A stretch of 64,000 nucleotides of DNA. Origin: Macrostomum lignano. Taxonomy: Eukaryota. The notes under the pieces are model-generated. The model searched no databases and had not been told where the DNA came from. It saw nothing but the letters and a program-made list of their open reading frames with translations. The position numbers and the translations under genes were made by a program. Where the stretch lies: the NCBI GenBank assembly GCA_002269645.1, contig NIVC01003686.1, positions 1 to 64,000 on the forward strand, read 5' to 3'. Numbering within the stretch: position 1 is the first letter of the stretch; each line of letters starts with the position of its first letter. This document shows positions 27,207 through 38,793 of the stretch, piece by piece.

Positions 27207-30200
27207 TCAGGGCGTGACGCCAACTTCAATAGCCGTCTGTACTAGCACTTTCACGCCTGGCATGAAGGTGCGAATCTCAGCAAAGTTGGCGGATTGAATC
27301 ACGTGATTCACCCAGCCCAGCGCCTCCTGCATAGCCTTCTGTTGCAGATTTTGTACTATAGCGGTTAGGCCATCCAGTACTGGCTGCGATAGCTGGGGAG
27401 GGCAGTGCGGAATGGATAAGAATGTTTAATATAGATTACTTGGCATTGGATTGCTGATTGGTATAGTTTGTCTATATATGAGCCTGAGTACCCCCAGTTG
27501 CTGGTCTGGTGGGCTTGAGTACCCCCAGTTGCTGTTATGGTGGGCCTGAGTACCCCCAGTTGCTGGTTTGGTGGGCCTGAGTACCCCCAGTTGCTGGTTT
27601 GGTGGACCTGAATACCCCCAGTTGCTGTTATGGTGGGCCTGAGTACCCCCAGTTGCTGTTATGGTGGGCCTAAATACCCCCAGTTGCTGTTATGGTGGGC
27701 CTGAGTACCCCCAGTTGCTGTTATGGTGGGCCTAAATACCCCCAGTTGCTGTTATGGTGGGCCTGAGTACCCCCAGTTGCTGTTATGGTGGGCCTAAATA
27801 CCCCCAGTTGCTGTTATGGTGGGCCTGAGTACCCCCAGTTGCTGTTATGGTGGGCCTGAGTACCCCCAGTTGCTGTTATGGTGGGCCTGAGTACCCCAGT
27901 TGCTGGTTTGGTGGGCCTGAGTACCCCAGGCCCACGGCCCCAGTCGCGGCCCCAGACCATACCTTATTCTGAGCCAATAACTCATATAGGGCCGCCAGCT
28001 TCCGTTCAACGTCGTCCATCTTGACAGTGACCTGACGCTTCCGCGACGTAGCGGCGCTCTGTAGCCGACAGGCTCCAACAAGGTCGCCGAGAACGCGAGG
28101 AAAGTGCTTGAATTGGTCAGGCAAGACAGCCGGCTGCGAGGCGGTGGCAGCGGCAGCGGCGGCAGATGCTCCGGCAGCGTCGGAACCTTTGTCGCTGCAC
28201 ATTGAAGTGTTACGAGAACGTCGACCGCCACCAGACGGATGTTTCACTTTATCATGCGGACTTGGCGGCACATTGGCAGTCGGCATCTGGCTAATTGGCG
28301 GCGGAGCAGTCAGCGGATTCGCGTGCGGCGGCTGCGGCAGGCCGGGCGGATGCTGGGCAACGTAGGCAGCCGGGTTGTACAGGTTGGCCGGGGGCGGCGG
28401 CGCCTGGGCGGCCGAGTCAGACTGCAAATGCCAATGGATTGACTTCATCACAATCCCTAGACTTAAAAATCTCTTAACTTCACTGTCACAATTTCTAAAC
28501 CCCACAATCCCTAAACCCCACAATCCCTAAACCCCACAATCTCTAAACTCCACAATCCCTAAACTCCACAATCCCTAAACTCCACAATCTCTAAACTCCA
28601 CAATTCCTAAACTCCACAATCTCTAAACTCCACAATCTCTAAACTCCACAGTCGTCCCTAAACTCCACAATCTCTAAACTCCACAATCCCTAAACTCCAC
28701 AATCCCTAAACTCCACAGTCCCTACACTCCACAATCTCTAAACTCCACAGTCGTCCCTAAACTCCACAATCTCTAAACTCCACAATCCCTAAACTCCACA
28801 ATCCCTAAACTCCACAATCCCTAAACTCCACAATCCCTAAACTCCACAATCCCTAAACCCCACAATCTCTAAACTCCACAATCTCTAAACTCCACAATCC
28901 CTAAACTCCACAATCTCTAAACTCCACAATCTCTAAACTCCACAATCTCTAAACTCCACAATCTCTAAACTCCACAATCCCTAAACTCCACAGTCCCTAA
29001 ACTCCACAATCTCTAAACTCCACAGTCGTCCCTAAACTCCACAATCTCTAAACTCCACAATCTCTAAACTCCACAATCTCTAAACTCCACAATCCCTAAA
29101 CTCCACAATCTCTAAACTCCACAATCCCTAAACTCCACAATCCCTAAACTCCACAATCTCTAAACTCCACAATTCCTAAACTCCACAATCTCTAAACTCC
29201 ACAATCTCTAAACTCCACAATCTCTAAACTCCACAGTCGTCCCTAAACTCCACAATCTCTAAACTCCACAATCCCTAAACTCCACAATCCCTAAACTCCA
29301 CAGTCCCTACACTCCACAATCTCTAAACTCCACAGTCGTCCCTAAACTCCACAATCTCTAAACTCCACAATCCCTAAACTCCACAATCCCTAAACTCCAC
29401 AATCCCTAAACCCCACAATCTCTAAACTCCACAATCTCTAAACTCCACAATCCCTAAACCCCACAATCTCTAAACTCCACAATCCCTAAACTCCACAATC
29501 CCTAAACTCCACAATCTCTAAACTCCACAATCTCTAAACTCCACAATCTCTAAACTCCACAATCTCTAAACTCCACAATCCCTAAACTCCACAGTCCCTA
29601 AACTCCACAATCTCTAAACTCCACAGTCGTCCCTAAACTCCACAATCCCTAAACTCCACAATCCCTAAACTCCACAATCCCTAAACTCCACAATCCCTAA
29701 ACTCCACAGTCCGTAAGTTTCATCACAATACCTAAACCTCAAAGATTATCACCCTATCTTTGAGGTTTCACCACTTTAACGTCACTCTAACTCTAACGTC
29801 AATCCTCAACCTCTAACGGGGGTTGTAGCCTAGTGGTTAGAGTTTCGGACTCACGACTGAAAAGTCGGAGGTTCCATTCCCGATCCCACTGGAACAATTT
29901 GTGTCCTTAAGCAAGACTCCTAACCCTGCATTGCTTCAGTTCACCCAGCTGTAAAATGGGTGCCAGCATTAGCTGGGGTAATTGAGGGTGTGTGTGGCAA
30001 CCCCCTGCTTGGACTGAACAGCCGTACGCAGCCTTCAGATGCGCCGCGCAATAGCTGCGGCTGAGCTGTCGTTGCACATCTGGCCATTAGGGCAGGTGTA
30101 GTCAATTATTTTTATTATTATCACTCTGAAACAATAGCCATGCTTTAATGTCGACCTCACACGAACAATAGATGCCAAAAAGTACAAGCAGGTTTCTGTT

Positions 30201-31889
30201 CCTGTGTAGTACACAAAATTCTATCCTATTTTACTTTATAAAAAACTCAACAAATTTTTCATGCATTTTTTACTAATATTACTAACAAACTTCGTTCGAT
30301 TCTCGACATGCTAAAAAATTGATGTTAATAATATTATCCTGCCAGTTTCCCTATAGGATTTCCTACCCAGAATTTGTCAGCATTCCATAGGTCAACACCG
30401 ACTAGGGTGGCGCCATCGTTGGCGCTGGATTGCTGGAAAATAGGCAGTTTTTTAAATTATTTTTGTTGTGAGAAATTACGAGGGCTAAGCTACTTTCAAT
30501 TCAGTAGTAGTTACGTATACTAGTGCTAAAAAACAAAACTTGCTACTGAAAAAGTAGTTAGATGTTTGATTTCATTATTTACGCTCGTAAGAAACGATTA
30601 CTGGCGTGTATTTAGTCAATAACTTATAATGTCTTATAATTTCTGGATTCACTCTTTCTGGCTAGCGAGTCGCTGGGAATTCATAAAAATTTAACAAACT
30701 AAGTTGGCATTAAATCTAGGCATAGATACTAAAGTCAGACTAACTAGATATGTCGTCCCTCGCAGTTAAATTTGTTTAAATTTAATGTGGCAGCTAAAAT
30801 TTACTTTAATTTCTTGAGGTTTGTGACCTTTGTAGCAAACGGGATTAAAAATGAACAGCAAGTATCTAACTGAATGTTTACGCCCAATTGGGCGCACGCC
30901 TAATCTAGCCCAGCCAATGAGAGAGCAGTAAGGAGAGAGGTCAAAGTTAGCATAGGGTGGCAGGCCAAATCTAGCCCAGCCAATGAGAGAGCAGTAAGGA
31001 GAGAGGTCAAAGTTAGCATAGGGTGGCAGGCCAAATCTAGACCAGCCAATGAGAGAGCAGTAAGGAGAGAGGTCAAAGTTAGCATAGGGTGGCAGGCCAA
31101 ATCTAGACCAGCCAATGAGAGAGCAGTAAGGAGAGAATTTAAAGTCAGACACAAGCGGGCAAAAGGAAAGCCACTGTTTATCGGCCTGGCTCGGGGCTGG
31201 GGCGCCAACCCCTGTTGTCTAAACTCTACACGCACTGGATTTGGGTTTTAAAGTTTTACTGCAATCTTCAGTCTTGAATTCATTAATTATTGAATAATTC
31301 TTAGTCTGAGGCAGTCTGGAGTTAGTAAAACGAGGAAATTTATTATGTCTGCTTGAATTTTTAAAACTTTTAAAACTTTTGGAAAAACGCTACTGAAAAA
31401 AAACAGTAGATAGCGCATTTTTGCGATTGACATATCTAGTTGTTTTACTGCTAGCTTCTGTGAATCTAACCTTAAAGGCATTGTGCAAAAAGACACATGA
31501 CTTATTTGACAATTCGACAACAGAGCCAAATATTTACCGGTTTCTTCTGTTCAGATAAAAACGGCGGATCGTTCCAACCGCCGCAGCCGGCTTTAGTAGA
31601 AGAATCGCGCGCTTAGTCGGATACTGGGAGCTTGAGGGCGGCGGAGGCGGAGGATGCTGCTGCTGCTGCAACATGCTATGCGGTTGGTAGCCAGTTGCGG
31701 TAGGCGGCGGCGGCGGCTGGTACATAGAAGTAGCGGGCGGCTGGCCTGGCTGGTACATGGTATTGCCTACTGGCTGATAGGCGGACTGCACTGGCTGTAC
31801 GGGAGGCGCAGCATAAGCTGGATAAGGTGGATTGGTCCGATTGGCAGCATAGCTAGTTGGCTGGTACAGATTGGCGGCCGGTTGTACAT

Positions 31890-31928
<39 letters not shown>

Positions 31929-34900
31929 CTGGTCACGGACGACACGGCGTAAGGATTCGAGGGCGGCGGACCCGGACTGCAATGAAGGAGTTGCCAGAGA
32001 TTATTAGACTAGCTGAGGAAAACGATTCAGAGAAAACGTTTCAGGGTGGTTGCAGATGACACAGGTAAAATAGGAAAGAAGGGACTCTAGACGACTCTAA
32101 AACGACGAGATGTCACAGCAAAAGTCGCTAAAAAGTCGTCAAAGAGCCGCCTAAGAGTCAACTTGATGCGATTTATACGCCGTATAGCCGTATCTGAGGC
32201 GTGCTACAGTCGTCGTAGAATCACTGCGTCACTCTATGAATAAGAATGGTATTTCACAGTTATAACAACTCCACTTAAACCAATCGAACCAAGGGTTTGT
32301 GACGTGAGAGTCAGACGCGTCTACTACTGTGTTGCTAGTCATACATGAGCAACAGTCGGCCGAGTCGGCCGATCCGGCCGACCGATTTGGCAGCCAACAA
32401 GGAAGTCGCAAAAATACCCACCCGAAAAATACCTAAGTAGTATTACTAAGTAGCTGACGAGGCATTTTGACCTAATAAGACAGTTACAGGTACTCCTGCC
32501 GTTTACCCAAAGTTGCGTTAATTTTGCTTTAGGGTTTTTATTACATGTAAGTCGCATTTTTGGCCAAAAACTACGTCGCATTTTTGTTAAAACTAAGTCG
32601 CATGGCCGACCAAGTTTTGGAGGTTGCGCATGTATGTTGCTAGTAGTATAATAAGCAAATAAATACAGAAAAAAGCAAATGATACTCGTACCTGCGGCTT
32701 GCCAGGTAGTTGCTGACGCGGCTGCTGCTGCTGTCCGGCCACTGGCCGATAGCCGCCATTAACAACGGCACTGGCTGCGGCCACAGTCGGCCTGTAGGGA
32801 TTGGGCGGCGCGGGCACATCGGGCGGACAGCCGAGCGCCTGGTAGAGCCGGTGAGCCCGAGCCGTTTGATTTGAGTCGCCAGCGACAGCTGCAGGCTGCA
32901 GGTAGCGCAAAGCGGCGCGCAACTCACCCTGATTGGCTAGCTGCTCTGCGTAGCTGCCCAGGTGGGCGGTCAGGGCGCCGAGATCGCCGGCGCTTGACGG
33001 ATGGTCGGCGTCGGTCACGGCTAGGCGAAGAACTTCGGCTTTCTCTACGACATCCTGCAGTAGCAGCGGCCGCGGCTCGCCGCCAGCCGGCATCAGGCAG
33101 GCGGCTAGGCGGGGCACATAGCCGGCGCAGATGTAGCACAGAGCGGCTTCCTGACGCCTGCCGTCGGTTTCCAATCGGCGGCCGACCTGTTCGGCTAGTT
33201 CGGCGAATTCCTCCGCGCTGGCGTAGGTCAGGGCGAAGCCAGGCTGTGCCGCCAGTCCTCGTTGCCGCTGTGCTGCACAACGTAGGGACAGGCGTGGTAA
33301 CTACGGCACGAATCAGCCGGCCAGTGTCAGTGTTCAACAGGCGGAATAGGCGGGCTTGGGTTCTCTCGTACAGTTCGGCTCCGCCGGCCGGCCAGGATGG
33401 CGGCCTCGGCCAGGCGGCCTTTGTCCAGGCAGAGGTTTACGGCTATCTCAATGCGGCCGGCGATCAGCGCCTTGGTCAGATCCGCGTCCTCGGCGCCGTC
33501 CTCCGTGGCCGAGGCCAGGCCGAGCGGCTTAGCCTCCTCGGCGATGGCGCTGAACTCGTCAGTTTCGGCTTCGCCGCCCTCGGCTTCTGATTTATCTTCG
33601 CCCTTCTCCGAGACGGCTTCGCCCTCTTCGTCGGCTTCAAAGCCGAGCAATTTAAGAACTGAGTGCGCGGATCGGAGCTGAAATTAGTCTCCAGGAACTG
33701 CCACAGGCGCTGCTCAGCTTCGTCTTTAGCGGCCTCGGCTCGGGCCCGACAATGTCCGCCAAGATCGGCCGCGCCCGCGGACAGGGCGCGCTCCAGGTCG
33801 CCAGCTCGGCGCACCAGCTCCGGCTCCGTGACCACCTGGCTGATCTTGGCCTGCCGATTCTGCTGCTGCTGCCGGATGCGTCGCTGGCGGCATCGCAGCG
33901 AAGCTGACAGGCGGCCGCCAAAGCCGAAACGGGCGCCGCAACGGGGCCGCATCCATTTTGGCGCTTTGCCGGGATGATACCACACCTGGGCTGGCACCGA
34001 CGGCTGGTGCACCTGGGCAAACGGATCGGCTGAACCGCTGGCAGAGTTGGCTGCGTTATCGGCTGCTGCTGCCGGCGCTGATGAATCTTCGCCGTCTGAG
34101 CCGCCAAGAATGTTCAGCACGCTTAGCTGTGGAAGGCAAAGTTTAGGGTTAGAAAAATTTTTTGTCAGTTAAATGAGAACGCATCTGAAGGCTTCGTACT
34201 GCTGTTCAGTTCAAGGACTGGGAGAGGGGGGGTCGCCACACACCCTCAATTATCCCAGCTAATGCTGGAACCCATTTTACGAGCGTACAGCTGGTGAACT
34301 GAAGCAATGCAGAGTTAAGTGTCTTACTCAGGACACAAATTGTTCCGAGTGGGTCGAGAATCGAACCCCGACCTTTCAGTCGAGATCCGACGCTCTAACC
34401 ACTAGCTACAACCCCTCATACAGTCTAAACATACACGTAGTAAACATATATAAGTTTAGAAACCAACTAAGCATAAATTTAAGCATATCAAAAGACGCAT
34501 AGAGATTTCACATCGATAACGACAAAAAATGCAAACTTTTAGTTTAACAAAACAAAAAACCGGGACTCACCTGTCCGTCCATGGAGCTGGCGCACAATAG
34601 CAAAGGATGCTTGGGACTCCAGGCGGAATCGTAGATCCAACGTTTGGCAGAGTAGCTTTAACTACAATTTCTCCGCCTGGAGAGCTGCAGTTCGGATCCC
34701 AACAGATCAAGCTGCTATCCCTGGATGTAGAGAGAGATAGTCGGGATCAAACGGACTCCAAGCCATAGACAGAATGCCTTTAGTGTGCGCGTTGAGCTGC
34801 TGCATTGGCGAGGTGGCGTATCGCAGGTCCCACATCTGCACCAGCGGTGTCTGGTCATCGTCGAGGCCAAGCACAGCTGGGTGCCACCCTGAAATCATTT

Positions 34901-36641
34901 TGTTGCTAAGGGGTTAGAACAGTTTTTGGATTTGCATGTATCAGAGACAGGGGGCTGAGTGCACTCTGGCGCACTTTAAGCGACATTGTCACACAACCGG
35001 CGAGAGGCATTAATAGGCTAGCTTTCTTAAACTAACAAACAATGGAATGAATGCTCAGAGCTCCTGAAGGGTTGAACAAGCGGTTCGGCGTTCGACTCGG
35101 ATGCCAGAGTTCCTATGTTCGACAACGTATCTGCGAAGACTACTTTGTAAAACTATGGGAACTGCTGAGATATCAAGCTCGCAGAGGGGAAATTACTGAG
35201 ATCTCAAGGCTCACAGAGAAGGGAATTACTGAGATGTCAAGGCTCACAGAGGAGGGAATTACTGAGATGTCAAGGCTTACAGAGGGAATTGCTGAGATGT
35301 CAAGGCTTACAGAGGGAATTGCTGAGATGCCAAGGCTCACAGGGGAGGAATTGCTGAGAGTTCATTGCTCATTGGGGGATTTCGACCTACCCAACGGGAG
35401 TGGATGGCCAGTATTTTTGGTTAATGTTATTTTTTGAAGATAGACAACTTAAAGCCAGTGGACCAGTTCCGAACTACTGCAAGCTTACTTGGGATGCCAG
35501 ACGACATGCTTGAGCCGCATTTGGCACATACTGTCAGTCAGTTTAATAATCGGCTCGGATTTCTTCAAATCCCAAACAATACAGCGGGGCGAAACGCACG
35601 TGCCAAGAATGTGCGACACCTGACGGTTCCAGCAACGCGAGTACATCGTCGGCTGGCAGACTCTTGCTGCCTGGCGCCATCTGGCGCTGGGATTAGCCAG
35701 ATCCCACACGAATATCTCGATTCGCCGCCGCCCGTGCACAGCAGATTCTTTTGGAAAGGATTCAAATCCAGGGCGCCGACGGAGCCGGTGTGGCCAGACT
35801 GGGTAAACACCTCGGCTGATTCGCTAGACTCGGTGGCCAGGCGTTCCGGATGTACACCACCAGTTTGCCGCGGGCGGCCGCCAACAAGGACGCCCCAGGG
35901 CAGGTCGGCATCGACGCCGTGGCTGCCCCACATTAGTCGGCAAAATCTATCGGCAGTTTCTATGCTAGCTGACGGCTTTAATTCTGTGTCAGGGCTGGTC
36001 AGGTCGACTTTGAAAAGCTCCAGAACGGATGAAGTGCTGCGTTTTGTTGTTTGTTTAATTAAGATATTATATGCGGTTAAAGTGTGTTAAGACTATTCAG
36101 TTCAGTAGTAAGTTAAATAGAAAGCGCTTTAATTAGTTTTAGGATAATAAAATTATTTATTGGTCTTCTTAAGCCTAGCTTAACCCCTCAGACTGATTTA
36201 TTAATTTTAGTTGAATAAATTACAATACTCCAATGTCTTGCTTTTCCTAAAATAGCTAACGAATTCTTCCTTGCTACTGAAATACAATATAAAAGACATA
36301 CGCATTGATGACTGCTAATAGTAGCCTTTTAATAAAGATCATTCAAAGGTGAAAATTTGAAAGTCTACAGCTGATTATACGACTTATAAGTAGCTTTAAC
36401 TCTCCCAATATAAATATTATTTATTAGTAAAATTTGACTGAGGATAAAACCAACGAGTAATTAAATGTCAACTTGACTTTTGCATGTACATATAGTATAA
36501 GTCCTGAATGCAAATCATTGTAAGCATACCTGAATGTTGCATCTAATTGATGTGCAGATGTGCAGCAGCCAGAAGCAGCGGCTGCTGATTACCTGGAGAC
36601 CAGGTGGCAACACTTGTTCTTTGTATCTGTTTTATTTTCAT
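27207..36641 (-). CDS. SEC31: COPII outer-coat protein Sec31; exons 36641-36530, 36036-35489, 34888-34571, 34126-32692, 31976-31538, 28421-27963, 27392-27207; reading frame broken by many 1-bp indels in exons 1-5 (assembly error or pseudogene)
   Basis: MKIKQIQRTSVATWSP..(T)SAHQLDATFS; WD40 repeats HTGSVGALDLNPFQKNLL, WNRQVSHIL, VWDLKKSEPIIKL, QMWDLRYATSP; APKWMRPRCGARFGFGG; SQVVTEPEL; LQDVVEKA; GWNDPP in the Pro-rich region; C-terminal SANFAEIRTFMPGVKVL. Confidence 0.92.
27484..27930. repeat. 31-bp minisatellite GAGTACCCCCAGTTGCTGTTATGGTGGGCCT in the last Sec31 intron
   Basis: About 14 copies. Confidence 0.95.
28490..29712. repeat. 16-bp minisatellite AAACTCCACAATC(C/T)CT in a Sec31 intron
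   Basis: About 75 copies, occasional GTCGT variants. Confidence 0.96.
29818..30120 (+). mobile_element. tRNA-derived SINE family A with CORE-like central domain, copy 1
   Basis: A box TAGCCTAGTGG, B box GGTTCCATTCC, then TGTGTCCTTAAGCAAGACTCCTAACCC..CTTCAGTTCACCCAGCTGTAAAATGGG resembling the MIR/CORE consensus; ATT-rich tail. Confidence 0.8.
30902..31145. repeat. 66-bp tandem repeat (~3.5 copies)
   Basis: TCTAG(C/A)CCAGCCAATGAGAGAGCAGTAAGGAGAGAGGTCAAAGTTAGCATAGGGTGGCAGGCCAAA. Confidence 0.9.
34180..34415 (-). mobile_element. SINE family A (CORE-like), copy 2, in a Sec31 intron
   Basis: Reverse complement aligns to 29818-30045, including the tRNA head (GGTTCGATTCT B box) and the CORE-like block. 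Confidence 0.8.
35185..35360. repeat. 30-33-bp tandem repeat GGGAATTACTGAGATGTCAAGGCTCACAGAG in Sec31 intron 2
   Basis: About 6 copies. Confidence 0.88.
36096..36285. mobile_element. Shorter, degenerate copy of the TCAGTTCAGTAGTAAG MITE (Sec31 intron 1)
   Basis: Both ends align to 14481-14830 (TTCAGTTCAGTAGTAAGTTAAA...; AAAATAGCT...TTCTTCCTT.CTACTGAA). Confidence 0.55.
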
Positions 36642-36769
36642 GGCTGATTTGTGACAGAAATGAAATTAATGAAATGCATGGATTATAGCTATGTTGGCAT
36701 TGAGTTACATTATGTATTACATCCATAAACACACACTTAAAACTTGCCTAAGAACATGTTCAAAAATAT

Positions 36770-37045
36770 GCTTGGTCTAGCCATCACTGGGCTGTTAATG
36801 TTTGATGGGCAGTATTTTCTCTAGATTGATGGATGTGCTATGGGTAACCCATTAGCTTCCATGTTAGCCAATCTTTGTATGAGCATATGACTTACTGGGA
36901 GTCTGAATAGTTGAAACTGCCTTGTGCACCTAAGTTTTAAGAAATACTTAGGAAATAATAAGAAAGACCATGAAACAATTTTTCAAGCAATCAATTTCAC
37001 CCACCCTAACATCAAATTCACCTTCAAATCTAGGTTTATTTTTTG
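36770..37045 (+). mobile_element. Decayed Penelope-like reverse transcriptase fragment
   Basis: FDGQYFL*IDGCAMGNPLASMLANLCM and FQAINFTHPNIKFT match the Penelope RT motifs Q.DG.AMGSPLSP.LAN.YM and LN..HP.IKFT; contains stops and frameshifts. Confidence 0.75.
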
Positions 37046-37613
37046 GGCCATATGGGGTTTTTGGCCCCTTTCCAATCGCATTGGCAACTGGATTTTTGGC
37101 ATTAGAGGCCAATCTGGCAACTTCATTTCCTTGTGCCAGTTGCCACTTTTAGAAAATGATTTTGCAAGTGTAATAAAAGTGCCATATGAATCTAAGTTGA
37201 GGTAAATACTAAGTTGCAAAAATTGACAATGTCAATAACAAGTCCCAGACAGTCTCATTCCCATAGTCATACAGTGCATACATGTTTAATGAGCCTCGGA
37301 AATATCTATCCTCAAGAATGTGGCTTGTTGCCAATTGCTTTTTCATTGGCTATTAGAAGAGCTTATTAGAATTTTTTTTCCATACCAGTTAAAGATTTCT
37401 CATTTTCTTTCTTCCTTTTTTTATTTTTACCTACTTGACTATCAATAAAATAAAGAATTTATTAACTGTCATTACTCTGAACTCTTCTTCCTGTGATCTA
37501 TTATACTCTACACTTAGATTTCTTACTACTTCATTGAACTATACTTCAAACATATTCTGCTCTATACAAGAATTATAATATTAATATGAGAAGAGGGCAG
37601 CATCTTAGCATAG

Positions 37614-38253
37614 NNNNNNNNNNNNNNNNNNNNNNNNNNNNNNNNNNNNNNNNNNNNNNNNNNNNNNNNNNNNNNNNNNNNNNNNNNNNNNNNNNNNNNN
37701 NNNNNNNNNNNNNNNNNNNNNNNNNNNNNNNNNNNNNNNNNNNNNNNNNNNNNNNNNNNNNNNNNNNNNNNNNNNNNNNNNNNNNNNNNNNNNNNNNNNN
37801 NNNNNNNNNNNNNNNNNNNNNNNNNNNNNNNNNNNNNNNNNNNNNNNNNNNNNNNNNNNNNNNNNNNNNNNNNNNNNNNNNNNNNNNNNNNNNNNNNNNN
37901 NNNNNNNNNNNNNNNNNNNNNNNNNNNNNNNNNNNNNNNNNNNNNNNNNNNNNNNNNNNNNNNNNNNNNNNNNNNNNNNNNNNNNNNNNNNNNNNNNNNN
38001 NNNNNNNNNNNNNNNNNNNNNNNNNNNNNNNNNNNNNNNNNNNNNNNNNNNNNNNNNNNNNNNNNNNNNNNNNNNNNNNNNNNNNNNNNNNNNNNNNNNN
38101 NNNNNNNNNNNNNNNNNNNNNNNNNNNNNNNNNNNNNNNNNNNNNNNNNNNNNNNNNNNNNNNNNNNNNNNNNNNNNNNNNNNNNNNNNNNNNNNNNNNN
38201 NNNNNNNNNNNNNNNNNNNNNNNNNNNNNNNNNNNNNNNNNNNNNNNNNNNNN
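37614..38253. other. Assembly gap (640 N)
   Basis: Run of N; followed by an AG-rich low-complexity tract at 38254-38480. Confidence 1.
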
Positions 38254-38793
38254 AGTAGAGGAGAAAGATGGGAGAAGAGAGATAAGAGAGAGGGGGAAAC
38301 AGAGAGAGGGGGAAGCAGAGAGAGAGGGGGAAAGCAGAGAAATGAAAAGAATAAGAGAAGAGAGAGAAGAGAAAGGAGAGATCAGAGAGCAAATAAAGAC
38401 GAGAAAGAAGAGAGGAAACAGAAGAGAAGATAGAAGTTTCAAAGAATCCAAGGGACATAGGGAGAGTCAGAAGCAGAGGCCAGAGTTTGCCAATACATGT
38501 TTTAGAGTCAGATAGACATTAATTGCCTATTTAAAGTAAAAAGCCCCTAGCCAACAATATTCAATGTTTGCCTTAAATCCTAATTTTACGCGAATGTACT
38601 CCATTTTGTTTACCTCGATCCTACTAACTCTTAACAAGTTTTTGTTTGTGTATGACCTTAGATTTCAGAATACATGCAAAAGTAGTTCCAGGGATTGGAA
38701 TTCCCTGGGTTCAAAATCTATGGGTTTTAACAGCTTGTATATATAAAGGCCTAATTAATGACAATAACATGATTATTATGGTCAGGCCTAATG

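Noticed and set aside
28490-29712. Telomere-like CCCTAAA motif
   Set aside because: Embedded in a 16-bp unit inside a Sec31 intron; not a contiguous telomeric repeat.
29818-29890. tRNA gene (also 34340-34415, 52637-52710, 61632-61705)
   Set aside because: A and B boxes are present but the cloverleaf is imperfect and each continues into a shared SINE body, so these are SINE heads.
37562-38515. ~300-aa ORFs spanning X residues
   Set aside because: Artefacts of the N gap.
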